This document shows, piece by piece, positions 15,572-25,750 of a DNA stretch of 64,000 nt (position 1 is the first letter of the stretch; every line of letters starts with the position of its first letter). Under the pieces are notes generated by a model. That model was given only the letters and a program-made list of their open reading frames with translations, was not told the origin of the DNA and searched no databases. The stretch is taken from the IMG/VR virus record IMGVR_UViG_3300034122_002094. One strand, given 5' to 3'. The position numbers were made by a program, and so were the translations under genes. The stretch is from a virus.

Positions 15572-16032
15572 TACTGATCACTCCATTGCCAGACAGCGAA
15601 TGTTGCCGCGCATACAGCGAAACCCAGCGCCTGGTTTACCTGGGTCTTCTCGAAAAAAGGCTGCTCCCTCTGAGCGAGCTTTGAAAGCTCTCGGTGAGCC
15701 TGTCGCCTGTCTTCGACGCAGACAGAGAGATCTTGTTTACGATCAGCCGCCAGCTCACTGAGCTTCTCGATCGCGATGCGCTGCTGATCGATGATGTCTC
15801 GCTGATATGGCATCTTGAGACGACACTCGGACAGCTCGCCTTCTCGCTCCCTGGCCTTGTCCTCACTGACAAGGACGTAGATCTCGCCGTCCAGCTCAAC
15901 GGCCAGTGGGACGATACCCTTGTCGTCGTACACGTCTTTATAGATGCGCTTCTTTGTGTCGGCGTCGGCTGCAAAAGCCAGAAGGGTCGTGACGACCACT
16001 GCCGTCACGACCCTCACTGTATCAATCTTCAT
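15571..16032 (-). CDS. Secreted coiled-coil protein, spanin-like
   Basis: Signal peptide, coiled coil, C-terminal hydrophobic segment. Confidence 0.4.
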   Translation of the reverse strand: MKIDTVRVVTAVVVTTLLAFAADADTKKRIYKDVYDDKGIVPLAVELDGEIYVLVSEDKAREREGELSECRLKMPYQRDIIDQQRIAIEKLSELAADRKQDLSVCVEDRRQAHRELSKLAQREQPFFEKTQVNQALGFAVCAATFAVWQWSDQ

Positions 16033-16376
16033 TTGTTGAGAGCCTCGCTGATCTCTCGTGGGGTCATCCCCCGCACCCTCGCTCGCCGCTCATTGTCGAG
16101 TCGCACCATGTCGAGCTCTTTCTCTGCGACTCTGGCGAGCGCCTCCTCGGCCTGAGCCTGGACCTTGCTGTCGCGTTGCTCGATGACGATCTGCTCGCGA
16201 ACAAGGATGTCATCAAGCTTCTTGTCTCGATACTGGTCCAGCGTCTCTTTGTACTTCTCCTGCTTGGAGCTTGACCCAAAGCCGCGCGCGACGTAGGCCA
16301 GGACTGCACAGAAGGCGAACAAGACAAACCAGCGGATCTGGCCCCAAAGGGTCTGGATCTGTTCTGTGTCGATCAT
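16029..16376 (-). CDS. i-spanin-like protein
   Basis: N-terminal TM helix plus coiled coil. Confidence 0.45.
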   Translation of the reverse strand: MIDTEQIQTLWGQIRWFVLFAFCAVLAYVARGFGSSSKQEKYKETLDQYRDKKLDDILVREQIVIEQRDSKVQAQAEEALARVAEKELDMVRLDNERRARVRGMTPREISEALNK

Positions 16377-16759
16377 AGCGGATTCTCCGGCTCGTCGTAG
16401 CTCTTACCAGTGGATGCCTCAAGACGCTGGAAGGTCTTGTCGATGGCCCACTGGATGATGCCTTTGAGGGCGTTGTAAGAGAAGGAGACCAGCGCCGCGA
16501 GCACCAGAGAGTGCTTGACAATCGTCTGCCAGTCCTGCCCCGTAGAGGTCAGCAGGTGCATGGCAAACGATGCGACGAGGCTCGACATTGTCAGGAAGGT
16601 CTTCTTTGCTCCAGCATGGACCTTCATGTCGAACAGGCTCCTCAGGATCGACACCGCCATCAGAACAGGAAGCCCGAGGATGGGATCGAAGCCGAGGATT
16701 GCTGTGAGAGCCTTCTGAAGCTCTCCTAGCTGAGAGAGGTAGCTGAGGATGGTTTCCAT
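16373..16759 (-). CDS. Holin-like membrane protein
   Basis: Three hydrophobic segments, 128 aa. Confidence 0.55.
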   Translation of the reverse strand: METILSYLSQLGELQKALTAILGFDPILGLPVLMAVSILRSLFDMKVHAGAKKTFLTMSSLVASFAMHLLTSTGQDWQTIVKHSLVLAALVSFSYNALKGIIQWAIDKTFQRLEASTGKSYDEPENPL

Positions 16760-16786
16760 TTTTTACTCCCCCTCTCGAAGAGGGTG

Positions 16787-17350
16787 TCAGTCGCCCTTGG
16801 GGCTGTCATCACTGTCTGCGGCAGCCTCCTTGCGGGGACGGCCTCCCTTGCGCTTCGCTGGCGCCTCAACCGCATCGAGCTCAGGAGCGGGGTCAGCCGC
16901 CACCTGAACGGGCTCCGGGGCATCGACGAGCCGTGGCTCGCTCACTGTGCCCTGTGGGCGCGTCTTCGGCCCCTCCATCTCAAGCTTGAGACGGGCCAGA
17001 CGGGCCTCCTCCTCTGCCACCACATGCGGGACGCCGTGGGCCAGATCCTCGTTGCGGCGCCTCTCGATTGCCAACAGGTCAGACGGCGAAGGCTTGTTCA
17101 GATTCGGGAAGCGATCCTCCAGGGTCTGGTGCTTCACGTCCTGGAGATCGGCCTCGTCACAAACGAGGATGCGGGTGCGCTTGTTGATCTCTGCTGCGCT
17201 CTGAGCGACGTGCGACGCCGCAACAGGGATCCCGCGCAGGATCTGATCATAGCGCGGGTGATCTGGTCTGATGACATCACCGATCTTCAGGTTGCAGCCT
17301 GCGACGATCAGGTTCTTGCCAGCGAGGATCTGAATGTACTTCTTGCTCAT
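16787..17350 (-). CDS. Hypothetical protein after major capsid
   Basis: ORF with low-complexity P/A/E tail and KRKGGRPRK. Confidence 0.6.
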   Translation of the reverse strand: MSKKYIQILAGKNLIVAGCNLKIGDVIRPDHPRYDQILRGIPVAASHVAQSAAEINKRTRILVCDEADLQDVKHQTLEDRFPNLNKPSPSDLLAIERRRNEDLAHGVPHVVAEEEARLARLKLEMEGPKTRPQGTVSEPRLVDAPEPVQVAADPAPELDAVEAPAKRKGGRPRKEAAADSDDSPKGD

Positions 17351-17371
17351 TTACATGCCTTTAGACAGATA

Positions 17372-17393
17372 AGGGGGCGCCGAAGCGCCCCCT
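17372..17393 (-). terminator. Intrinsic terminator after the capsid gene
   Basis: AGGGGGCGC-TTCG-GCGCCCCCT then TAT. Confidence 0.65.
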
Positions 17394-17415
17394 GGGTTAG
17401 ACTCGGGCCTCAAGC

Positions 17416-18708
17416 TCAGTAGAAGAGCTCACAGACCATGTGCGCGTTGCCGACGTTGAGGCGAGGCAGCATGTTGATACCCATGAGGGTCCACAGCATC
17501 TTCGTCTCCTTGTCGAGCTCATCGATCGTCTGCATGAACAGGCCAGGCTTCGGATCGCGCTGAGCGCTGGTGATGGAGTCGAGCGCGCGGGTCGACACGA
17601 TCTCCAGCCAGTTCTCGCGGAGCTCGCCGTCAGGCTGCGCCTCCAGACCGAGGTCGAAGGGAGCCTCTGGGTTGGTGCCCAGGATGACGCCGAGGCCCTC
17701 GGGCACCGTGTACTTGTTGACGTGGACGTCGTCACCGATCGCATACGCGAGGGTCGTCACGCCAGTCAGCGTCAGGGTGCGGCCAGAGACGGACGCGATC
17801 TCAACGATCTCGTTCGCGCCGTCCGAGATGCGGACCAGACGAGCCTGATCACCAGCAGCCCAGTCGTAGGGGTTCTGGACGGTGACCGTCGAAGCGCCAG
17901 CCGACACTGTCGCCGTGATGTACGTCACGCTTGGCAGACGGTCATACGACTCCACGATCTCCAGGTCGCCGATGTAGTCGCGGATGAACGCCGCGACAGA
18001 CGGGTTGTTGCCGCTGAACGCCTGGTAGTTGTTCACAGCGAACTGCTGGAAGAAGTCGTGCGTGCGCAGCTTCATCCATGTGCTGTTCGGGAGGAGCAGC
18101 TTCGACGGGGTGTAGTCCGAGTGCTTGCGATAGTGGTTCGTCCAGTTCGCGATGTCCTCGACAACCTTGGCGTTGGCGTTGTCGTCCCACGAGACCTGGG
18201 CCTGCACCTCGAAGTCAGGCGAGTGGTTCAGGTAGTCCCACTGGACCGACTGACCAGCCGTCTTGAGCTGACCGACCACGCGGTTGTAGAAGATCACGTC
18301 ACGGATCATCTGCTCCTTGCGGACTGCCAGACGATACATGAGCTTGCGCTCCTTCGCTGCATGGAGCTCATCGAGCGCCGTCAGGGCGTCATAGGTGCCG
18401 ACCTTACGACGATCGTAGATCTCGATGTGCGAGGTGCCGACCTTCTCCTTCCAGACGGGGATCTCGGACTCGACCTTGCTGCGACGATTCGATGTACGAA
18501 TCGCGTCAGCCATCGCTCCGATACTCGACAGCGGTGTCATACCACCGAAGTCTTGCATCACGATTTCCATCTCGATGCGGTCCTTGTCGTACTGGTTGAC
18601 CGGGATCATCGGCGAGAACAGGAAGCGTGGGTTGAACGCCTGCCAGCGCTGCATGATGCCGTCGATATTGTCGGTGCGGAAGTGTGGGGCGTTGATCAGA
18701 GCGCTCAT
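17416..18708 (-). CDS. Major capsid protein (lambda gpE-like HK97 fold) with beta insertion
   Basis: Highly biased codons; position after decoration protein; ..RKEQM....W..NA....DI..W.. pattern. Confidence 0.8.
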   Translation of the reverse strand: MSALINAPHFRTDNIDGIMQRWQAFNPRFLFSPMIPVNQYDKDRIEMEIVMQDFGGMTPLSSIGAMADAIRTSNRRSKVESEIPVWKEKVGTSHIEIYDRRKVGTYDALTALDELHAAKERKLMYRLAVRKEQMIRDVIFYNRVVGQLKTAGQSVQWDYLNHSPDFEVQAQVSWDDNANAKVVEDIANWTNHYRKHSDYTPSKLLLPNSTWMKLRTHDFFQQFAVNNYQAFSGNNPSVAAFIRDYIGDLEIVESYDRLPSVTYITATVSAGASTVTVQNPYDWAAGDQARLVRISDGANEIVEIASVSGRTLTLTGVTTLAYAIGDDVHVNKYTVPEGLGVILGTNPEAPFDLGLEAQPDGELRENWLEIVSTRALDSITSAQRDPKPGLFMQTIDELDKETKMLWTLMGINMLPRLNVGNAHMVCELFY

Positions 18709-18789
18709 TTATTCACCTTGTCTGCCACTTGGGCTTTGAAGACTTGTTGGTTGTACTGCCAAAGGGCGCCTTGCGGCGCCCAGTTAATG

Positions 18790-19212
18790 TCAGCCGATGC
18801 TGTCGAGGTTGGCGTTCGGGACGAACGTCAGGTTCTTGGCATCTGCGGTCACGAAGCCCGAGCCCACCAGGAGCTGAGCGAGCGACACGGGACCGGAATA
18901 CTGGACACCGGCCTCAATGTCGTTGGACGAGCCGTAGCGCGTCAGGTCGATGTCATACTGCAAGACCACAGCGTGCTCCTCGTTCGCGCGACCATCGACG
19001 GCGGACGAGTCGAAGTGGGCGTACAGGCCCGAAGCGCTGATGCGTGTCAGGACGAGGCCTGCGCGCAGCGTTGTGGTCGGCGTGTGGCCACCGACTGCAT
19101 CAGCAGCGACGCTGGCGTCGATGAAGACGGTGCAGGTGCCGCGCTCGTTCTGATTGGGGACGACGCCGTAGCGCTCGATGCTGACTGCCTCAGCCGTGTT
19201 TGTGCGTGCCAT
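18790..19212 (-). CDS. Head decoration protein (gpD-like)
   Basis: LRAGLVLTRISASGLYAHFDSSAVDG..AVVL. Confidence 0.75.
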   Translation of the reverse strand: MARTNTAEAVSIERYGVVPNQNERGTCTVFIDASVAADAVGGHTPTTTLRAGLVLTRISASGLYAHFDSSAVDGRANEEHAVVLQYDIDLTRYGSSNDIEAGVQYSGPVSLAQLLVGSGFVTADAKNLTFVPNANLDSIG

Positions 19213-19274
19213 TCATATCACCTTGTCATGGGCGCTATGGCGCCCTGTTGTTTCTTGAGAAGACCGAGGTAGGA

Positions 19275-21104
19275 TCAGTACCAGGGGTTGATGCCAGGCT
19301 CTGCGGGACGGCCCTTGAGGCTCGAAGCCTTCACAGGAGGCTCACCCGTAGGAGCGGCCTGCTGAGGCGCGACCGGCGCGAGCACCTTCTTCTGGAAGTT
19401 GCCCTTGTCGTCACAGCGCTGCCAGAAGCTGACAGGGATCTCGGAGGCCTGGCTGAACTTCTGACCGTACAGCTCCTCAAGCCACTGGCGGTTCGCAGAG
19501 AACATCTGCGTCTGCTGCTCAGCGCTGAAGCGGGTGCGGAAGGTGTCAGGCTTCGACGGATCGAGCGGGGTGACCTCGCTTGCCTTGACCTGCTCTGGGG
19601 TCGGCGCAGCCACAGGGGTGACCTCAGCGACCTTGGTCTCATCCACAGGCTTGCCGAGACGAGCCTCGTTGGGCAGCGAGTCGAAGATGGCCTTGGCCAG
19701 ATCCTTCAGCTCAAACTGCTTGTCGCCGGTGACCGTCGAGAACTTCAGGGTGTGCGCGTCGGGGTGGACCGAGAGCAACAGCTCGCTCATGGCCTTGATT
19801 GGCGCCTCGTGGTGACCATCGGTGCGCAGCGCCTGAGCGAAGAGATCGATGCTCTGCTGATAGCTGAGCTGCGCGTTCTCCATCGCCTTCTTGCGGAGCT
19901 CGACCTGCTCAGACTCCAGACGGGCCTTCTCGGTCTGGAGCATCGAAGCCTTGGCTGTCTGCTCGCGGGCGAGGCGGTCGTTGGCGATCGAGAGCTCCAG
20001 CATCTTGCGATAACCAGCGATCTGCTTCTGGTCCTCGACATCGGTCGAGAAGGTCGCCGAGAGCTCGTCCATCTTGGCGAGCTGCTCTGCCGGTGTTGCG
20101 AGGGCGCTGAGCGTCACGAACAGTTGCATGAACTTCATCTTGTCTTCCTTCTCTTCTGCTGGCGTGGCCAGGGGGTCAATGTCGTTTTTTGACAAATTGA
20201 CCGGGGGGTTATTCAAATCGTTGCCAATAGGCGGGTTGATGGGCTCGCTGGCCGCGACGTCGCTGTACTCTTCGTCCTCATCATCACCAGGCTCCGGCTC
20301 AAGGTCCGGCATCTCATCTTCGTCGCCCTCCTCCTCGTCACCCGGATCAGAAGCCTTCGCCGCGCCCTTTGGCTTGGAGCTCTTCTTGTTCTCGCGAACG
20401 AACGTGACGAAGTCGGATCCATCGTCGATACCGACGAGACCAGACATCTCGACAGGAGCTGCGCCATCTACCGAGAGGCTGATGGGCGCGAGGTCCGGGA
20501 TGAACGGACGGTTTGTGAGTGCTCCTGACAACAGACAATACCCCTTCGGATCTTCCATCTCGTACTCAGAAGTGTCATCTTCTGGGCTGATCTGTCTGCT
20601 GCGGCGCACCTTCTCCTGGCTTTGGTACTGGAGCGCCATCTCGACGCTGAAGAACTTGTAGCGACGGTCCTTGACCAGCGCGTAGCCGAGCGAGTTCAGA
20701 TTGACCTTGCCGACCAGCACATAACAGGTGCGCGCCACGCCATCAGGATCGGTGTACGTCTTGTTGCGGATGTAGAGCGCGTCGTCTGCATCATCGAGCC
20801 ACGCCACCGCACCCACAGAACCTGGGTTGTGATCCAGATCAAACGAGAGTGGGGTGTGCGGACGGCCAGCGTTGCGGTTGTCGACGATCTGCTGGAGCTG
20901 CTGACGACCGAGCTTGATCTCTCGCCACCAATACTGGTAGACGCCTGTGCGGAGCATCTCGATCTCAACCGGATACGTCTCGCCAGGGTTGATGGAGAGT
21001 GGTGCGTCGTCGGGGAGCTGGATGCCGCCCTTGTTGAGCTGCACAATGGACTTTGGCCCCCTGGCTGGTCCCTTGCGCTTGTCCTTATTCATACCCATCG
21101 TCAC
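19275..21104 (-). CDS. Prohead protease/scaffold (Mu gpI-like)
   Basis: FDLDH..AVAW..YKFFSVE..LLSGALTNRPFI; coiled-coil C-terminal half. Confidence 0.8.
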   Translation of the reverse strand: MTMGMNKDKRKGPARGPKSIVQLNKGGIQLPDDAPLSINPGETYPVEIEMLRTGVYQYWWREIKLGRQQLQQIVDNRNAGRPHTPLSFDLDHNPGSVGAVAWLDDADDALYIRNKTYTDPDGVARTCYVLVGKVNLNSLGYALVKDRRYKFFSVEMALQYQSQEKVRRSRQISPEDDTSEYEMEDPKGYCLLSGALTNRPFIPDLAPISLSVDGAAPVEMSGLVGIDDGSDFVTFVRENKKSSKPKGAAKASDPGDEEEGDEDEMPDLEPEPGDDEDEEYSDVAASEPINPPIGNDLNNPPVNLSKNDIDPLATPAEEKEDKMKFMQLFVTLSALATPAEQLAKMDELSATFSTDVEDQKQIAGYRKMLELSIANDRLAREQTAKASMLQTEKARLESEQVELRKKAMENAQLSYQQSIDLFAQALRTDGHHEAPIKAMSELLLSVHPDAHTLKFSTVTGDKQFELKDLAKAIFDSLPNEARLGKPVDETKVAEVTPVAAPTPEQVKASEVTPLDPSKPDTFRTRFSAEQQTQMFSANRQWLEELYGQKFSQASEIPVSFWQRCDDKGNFQKKVLAPVAPQQAAPTGEPPVKASSLKGRPAEPGINPWY

Positions 21105-22756
21105 TCACCTTCCGTGATGTCTTTATCTTTTGCGTCGCGGACTCGATCACGCTTTTGAGGCGTCCGCTTGTCTGGATCGTTGGAGGCTTCGTTGCGCTGA
21201 TCCTGGCTCTGAGCAGCCTGCTTGGCTTGCGCCTGAGCCTGCTGCTGCTTCTCGGCTTGCTTCTGCTTCTCAGCCTCAATGGTCGAGCTGGAACGCTCCT
21301 CAAGCTGAGAGAGCTGGCTGCGGAACGGAATCCCGAGGTCGCTGCACATGGCCTTGATGTCCGGCATTGCGTCAGCCATGTAGCCAAGAGCCGCATAGCT
21401 CGACTGAATCTGCATGGACGACTTGAGGATCTCCTTGATCATCTTGGATCTACCAAGACTATTGCGATCGATCTCAAATTCAACTTCGTCAATACGCTTC
21501 GGTCCGAAGTTGTAGGCGATGATCTGGTTGACGACGTCAACACGGACCACCTGCTCGATCTGATCGACGATGTCCTCGACCGTGATCATGACCAGATCTT
21601 CCTTCGCATCGAGCTCAGAGAAGTTGGACTTGCCGACAAATGCACCGAATACACCGAGAGACTGGGCCTTCTGCTTCTCCAGAAGATCCAGCACTGTCAT
21701 ATAGTTGCTGACATCAGCATTCGAGATCTCAAGGAACTTGATGTTCCAGAGCGGCTCGCCAGACTTCTCGTCGCGCTCGCTCGGGAGAGCGACTGCCTTG
21801 TTGGTCATCGCCTGCTCAAGGATGTCCAGCGCGATCTCGTCATTCTGGCGTGGGCCATCAGACGTATCGGTCTCGCCCGGTGGGAACTCGACGACTACGG
21901 GCGGATCACCGGTCTTGGCGAGCTTTTGCAGGAGCGCGATCATCGTCGCCCCGAAGTAGAACCAGGGCTTGTAGGCGCTCTTGTATCGAGAGTTGCCCCA
22001 GACACCAGAGTAAGTCCTGTCGAGAGCAAACCAGACAAGCTGGTGCCGCCAGAACGTCTCATTGGTCATGCCCACGTTCTGCTCGACGCGGACGATCTCA
22101 TCAGCCACTGTGTCAAGGTAGAACCTGAAGCGATTGTTCGGGTTCAGGGTCTTGATCTTCTCAGGGTATACCATGTAGCCCTGATAGATGATCTCCTTCT
22201 CCTGAGATGACTTGTCAGTCAGGGTCACCCGCTTTCTGCCCCAGACCTTCTGAGAGAACATGAAGCCGTTCTTCAGGCCCTCTCGGACCATGTCTCGAAT
22301 GAGCTGAGCGAACACAGGCTCCAAGGCTGCTCGGACGACAGCGGCGACGCGAGGGTCAGAGCTGCGCACACGGAAACCAAGCTTGCTGATGAAGCCCACG
22401 ATGATCTGAGTTGACAACCGGATGGTGTCATCATCGATCATCTCATTGTAAGTGTAGAGATCGTAGCGGAGAGGGTTGTAGATCTCCAGCTCGGGCTCAC
22501 TGGTGCCACGATTGTTGACAGCGCGCTCGCGCATGTCAGACGGCTTGGGATCGTTGAGATCGTAAGCCGTCTTCTTGACGACTCGCTTCTTGCGAAGCAA
22601 ACCGTTCGGGCTCATGGCATCAAAGAGGGCATCCATTGGACCCTTGACGTCACGATCGCCGGAGACGCTGACGAAGTGATTCGTCGCGACCTCCGGGGTG
22701 AGCCAGCTCTGCGAGCCACAATACAGGCTCAACAGCTTCAGATCATTTTCTTGCAT
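21101..22756 (-). CDS. Portal protein (DUF935/Mu gp29-like)
   Basis: Position after terminase; WG.S....AY..W.F..; NQIIAYNFG. Confidence 0.8.
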   Translation of the reverse strand: MQENDLKLLSLYCGSQSWLTPEVATNHFVSVSGDRDVKGPMDALFDAMSPNGLLRKKRVVKKTAYDLNDPKPSDMRERAVNNRGTSEPELEIYNPLRYDLYTYNEMIDDDTIRLSTQIIVGFISKLGFRVRSSDPRVAAVVRAALEPVFAQLIRDMVREGLKNGFMFSQKVWGRKRVTLTDKSSQEKEIIYQGYMVYPEKIKTLNPNNRFRFYLDTVADEIVRVEQNVGMTNETFWRHQLVWFALDRTYSGVWGNSRYKSAYKPWFYFGATMIALLQKLAKTGDPPVVVEFPPGETDTSDGPRQNDEIALDILEQAMTNKAVALPSERDEKSGEPLWNIKFLEISNADVSNYMTVLDLLEKQKAQSLGVFGAFVGKSNFSELDAKEDLVMITVEDIVDQIEQVVRVDVVNQIIAYNFGPKRIDEVEFEIDRNSLGRSKMIKEILKSSMQIQSSYAALGYMADAMPDIKAMCSDLGIPFRSQLSQLEERSSSTIEAEKQKQAEKQQQAQAQAKQAAQSQDQRNEASNDPDKRTPQKRDRVRDAKDKDITEGE

Positions 22757-22759
22757 AGC

Positions 22760-24694
22760 TCACCTACTGAAGGGGTTCTTTAGGCCTTGACCATGAATTT
22801 GGGGCGCCAAGCCACCGGGGCTTTTACCGAGAGGAGTTGCGAGGACCGCATCCAGAGGGCCTGCTTTGCGAGCAGGTTTGCCGAAGATGTTGGGCTTCGT
22901 GTCTCGTTCTTTCTCGATCTGAGGCCTGAAGATGTTGCGACTCACCGTCAACCTCTGCGCTGAGGCCTTTGTTCCAGCCAGGCTGGCAAACATCAACGCC
23001 CAGGCGATGTCTGAGTGGTGACGAACCTTCTCGTCAGCCTCATACACGACCGTCTTGTTCGCGCGGACCTTTCGCTTGATCGCGTAGAGCTGATCGACCG
23101 TCTCCTTGTCGAAGAAGATGCCGATCGTCTGATGCTCCATTCGGATCTTGAAGTTTGTGGCGAGCAGCTCCTTCTTCTTGGCGGTGCCGCCCATCTGCCA
23201 CTCTTCCACGTTGCTGCGGTAGCGTTTCTTCAGATTTTGAGCCATCTGCATACCGATGCCGGTGGCGTCGATATTGAGCTTTCGGATGATGCCGTAGCTC
23301 ATGAGCTGCATAAGCTTCGCCTCTTGCTCCTTGAGCAGAAGGCCATCAAACTTCTCTCTCAGGCGCTCGATCTGGAAGGTGGCGCCGTCTGGCATCCTGA
23401 ACTCCTCCAGGACGACCAGCACAGCGCTGTGGTGCGTCGCGCCCACGTCGTAACCAGCATACAGGTATCTTCCAACAATACCCTGGTGAACCCCGAGCAA
23501 CAGATCCTCGATGCGAGTATAGCGCACCCTGTTGATGCCAAGCAGGTCGATCTGGCCAGACATACCCTCCTGCATATCGTCGAAGACCTGCTCAGCCGTC
23601 ATGGCCGCGCCAGTCTTTGGATCGATCCAGTCGTCCTGATCATCGGGCTGGTAGTCAGTCTCCATATCGGTCGGCAGATCGAACATGCAGTCGAAGATGA
23701 GCTCCTTGTGGAAGAACGCAGCCTCCTCATCAAGGAACTCGCCCTCAAACTCCTGGCGGAAAGAGTCTGTGCTGATGGCCGCACGCCACTGCTTCTTGAG
23801 GATGTCGCTGCCAAATGCCTCGACGCGCTCCTCGGTTGTCATGTGCTCGGCCTGCTCAGCCGCAAGCGCCATGCCCTCTGGGCTCGAATCCTCAAGGTAG
23901 ATTCGACAGTTCCACCAGTTGAGGTGCATACGGTGAAAGTCTGGATACTGCGACTCAAGAGACAAGATGTCGTGGTACAGTCCACCCTTGCCGAACGGCG
24001 TAGAGATGATGTCCATTGTACCGCGAGTCTGGCCGAGAGCAGGAACCGCCGACTCGTAGATGGTGTTGGCGAGCGTGAAGAACGCGAACTCGTCGAACAG
24101 GATCTTGTTGGCGGTCAGACCACGAATCGGCTTCTGGGCGTGGCTCATGATGCGAGCCTTGGTGCCGTTTGATGGGTTGATCCACTCGATCATCTGGAGG
24201 GGGTCGCGGCTGATCGGCTTGCGGAACTCGGGCGGCAGACAGTCCATAATCTGCCGCACATAGTTGATCTTGTTGATCGCCTCTTCCTTTTTATAGGATA
24301 CAAAGATAGCCGTGAAGGTCGTATTGCTCATCATCGCGACGATGAAATACTTCACGGCAGCGGCGAGGCTCAGACCGACCTGGCGAGGCTTGTTGGTGAT
24401 CATCCCCATCACAAGATCGAAGTAGAAGCGCTGATAAGGCTCCCACTCCCATTTGCGCCCGAGGCGGTTCATCCGGTCGAGCGCCTCCTGATCGAACAGG
24501 ATGTCAGCGAAGTCAGACTCGCTGTCAGCGATGTGCTTGACGATCTTTGGTAGATCCTGCTTCTCGATCTGCCTTGGCACAACGATCAGCGGCCCATGCG
24601 CCGTAGACTCCAGGATGCCTCTGCGCGTGGGTTGTCTGCCTCCGGCCTCCCCATCCAGGCTCTCGATCACTTTGCTCTGGATGATCTTGCTCAT
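22760..24694 (-). CDS. Terminase large subunit
   Basis: KPRQVGLS Walker A, ILFDEFAF Walker B, ISTPFG, GYDVG and HSDIAWA nuclease motifs. Confidence 0.92.
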   Translation of the reverse strand: MSKIIQSKVIESLDGEAGGRQPTRRGILESTAHGPLIVVPRQIEKQDLPKIVKHIADSESDFADILFDQEALDRMNRLGRKWEWEPYQRFYFDLVMGMITNKPRQVGLSLAAAVKYFIVAMMSNTTFTAIFVSYKKEEAINKINYVRQIMDCLPPEFRKPISRDPLQMIEWINPSNGTKARIMSHAQKPIRGLTANKILFDEFAFFTLANTIYESAVPALGQTRGTMDIISTPFGKGGLYHDILSLESQYPDFHRMHLNWWNCRIYLEDSSPEGMALAAEQAEHMTTEERVEAFGSDILKKQWRAAISTDSFRQEFEGEFLDEEAAFFHKELIFDCMFDLPTDMETDYQPDDQDDWIDPKTGAAMTAEQVFDDMQEGMSGQIDLLGINRVRYTRIEDLLLGVHQGIVGRYLYAGYDVGATHHSAVLVVLEEFRMPDGATFQIERLREKFDGLLLKEQEAKLMQLMSYGIIRKLNIDATGIGMQMAQNLKKRYRSNVEEWQMGGTAKKKELLATNFKIRMEHQTIGIFFDKETVDQLYAIKRKVRANKTVVYEADEKVRHHSDIAWALMFASLAGTKASAQRLTVSRNIFRPQIEKERDTKPNIFGKPARKAGPLDAVLATPLGKSPGGLAPQIHGQGLKNPFSR

Positions 24695-24695
24695 G

Positions 24696-24989
24696 TTACG
24701 CTCGCCAGCCGTGGCCAAAGTAAGGGCGGCAGCTCTTGTCCATGCCCTTCTTCGCAAGCTCATACTTGCGCTCGGTCGGCTCCATGTCGACAAGCGCGCT
24801 GTCCTTGCTCATGGCGCCCTTCTTCTCGACAGGCTTGTCAGAGGCCTTCAGAGGGGCTGGAGGCAGTGGGTTGGTCTCTTCCATCAGGCCGAGCTCTGCA
24901 ACCGCTCCTGGAGCGTCTACGGCGGTCTCAGCCGCATCGTCGAGCAGCAGCTCAAAGTTGATAGGGGTCAGATCGTCTTGATCGCTCAT
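24696..24989 (-). CDS. Hypothetical protein
   Basis: ORF coupled to terminase genes. Confidence 0.55.
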   Translation of the reverse strand: MSDQDDLTPINFELLLDDAAETAVDAPGAVAELGLMEETNPLPPAPLKASDKPVEKKGAMSKDSALVDMEPTERKYELAKKGMDKSCRPYFGHGWRA

Positions 24990-25750
24990 TTCGGGCCTCT
25001 CGTGGTCGTCTTGGTCTTGATTGTGACTTCCATCAAATCTTCGGTGGAGTCTTCATCTGAGTCAATGATGGCGTCGGGCATACCGAGCTTCTGGCGGTCG
25101 AGCACCTGCTGGCGCCCCTCTGCACGTCGGGCCATCTGCTTCTTGTAGTCAAACAGCTCGCCGATCGGGTTCGACTGCTTCTCGACCTCTCCGCGCAGCA
25201 AGCGCTTCTCGAAGTCGGCGCGGCGCTGAACGGTGAGCTCGTAGTTGGAGCGGATCTTCTCGGTCATGTCCTGGAAAGACATCACCGTCTCGGACTCGAT
25301 CTCGGTCGGCATCATGAGGCGCGTGGACTTGTTGATGGCCTCAAAAGCTCTGACGGTGTCCTTGTAAGACGCCATGCGAGCGAAGCGGTCCAGATACGCC
25401 TGCCTTGCTGCTGCATCGGGCAGCCCCTTGTAATGCTCCATGTCCGGCTCGTCGAAGCGGCTCTCAAGCTCGACAGCCTGCTTCTCATACAAACGATAAG
25501 TCGTCTGCTTCGCTCGCTCCATGAACTCACGATCGGACACGACCTCCTCGGTCAGCGCTTCGATGTAAGCCTTGCAGTGTTTGTTTTTGCGCCACAGGCG
25601 GATGCTGGTGTCTGGCACCCCGAGGAGGCGAGACAGATCGTCGTCTGACAAAGAGGTCGTTCGGACCATCATCTGGCAGAACTGGCGCTGCTTCAAGTTC
25701 AGAGAAGCGCCTGGAGCTTGCTGTGGTAGTGTTGGGATCTTGCTGGCCAT
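24986..25750 (-). CDS. Terminase small subunit (putative)
   Basis: LNLKQRQF..HTH..IRLW; GGAGG SD; upstream of TerL. Confidence 0.65.
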   Translation of the reverse strand: MASKIPTLPQQAPGASLNLKQRQFCQMMVRTTSLSDDDLSRLLGVPDTSIRLWRKNKHCKAYIEALTEEVVSDREFMERAKQTTYRLYEKQAVELESRFDEPDMEHYKGLPDAAARQAYLDRFARMASYKDTVRAFEAINKSTRLMMPTEIESETVMSFQDMTEKIRSNYELTVQRRADFEKRLLRGEVEKQSNPIGELFDYKKQMARRAEGRQQVLDRQKLGMPDAIIDSDEDSTEDLMEVTIKTKTTTRGPK

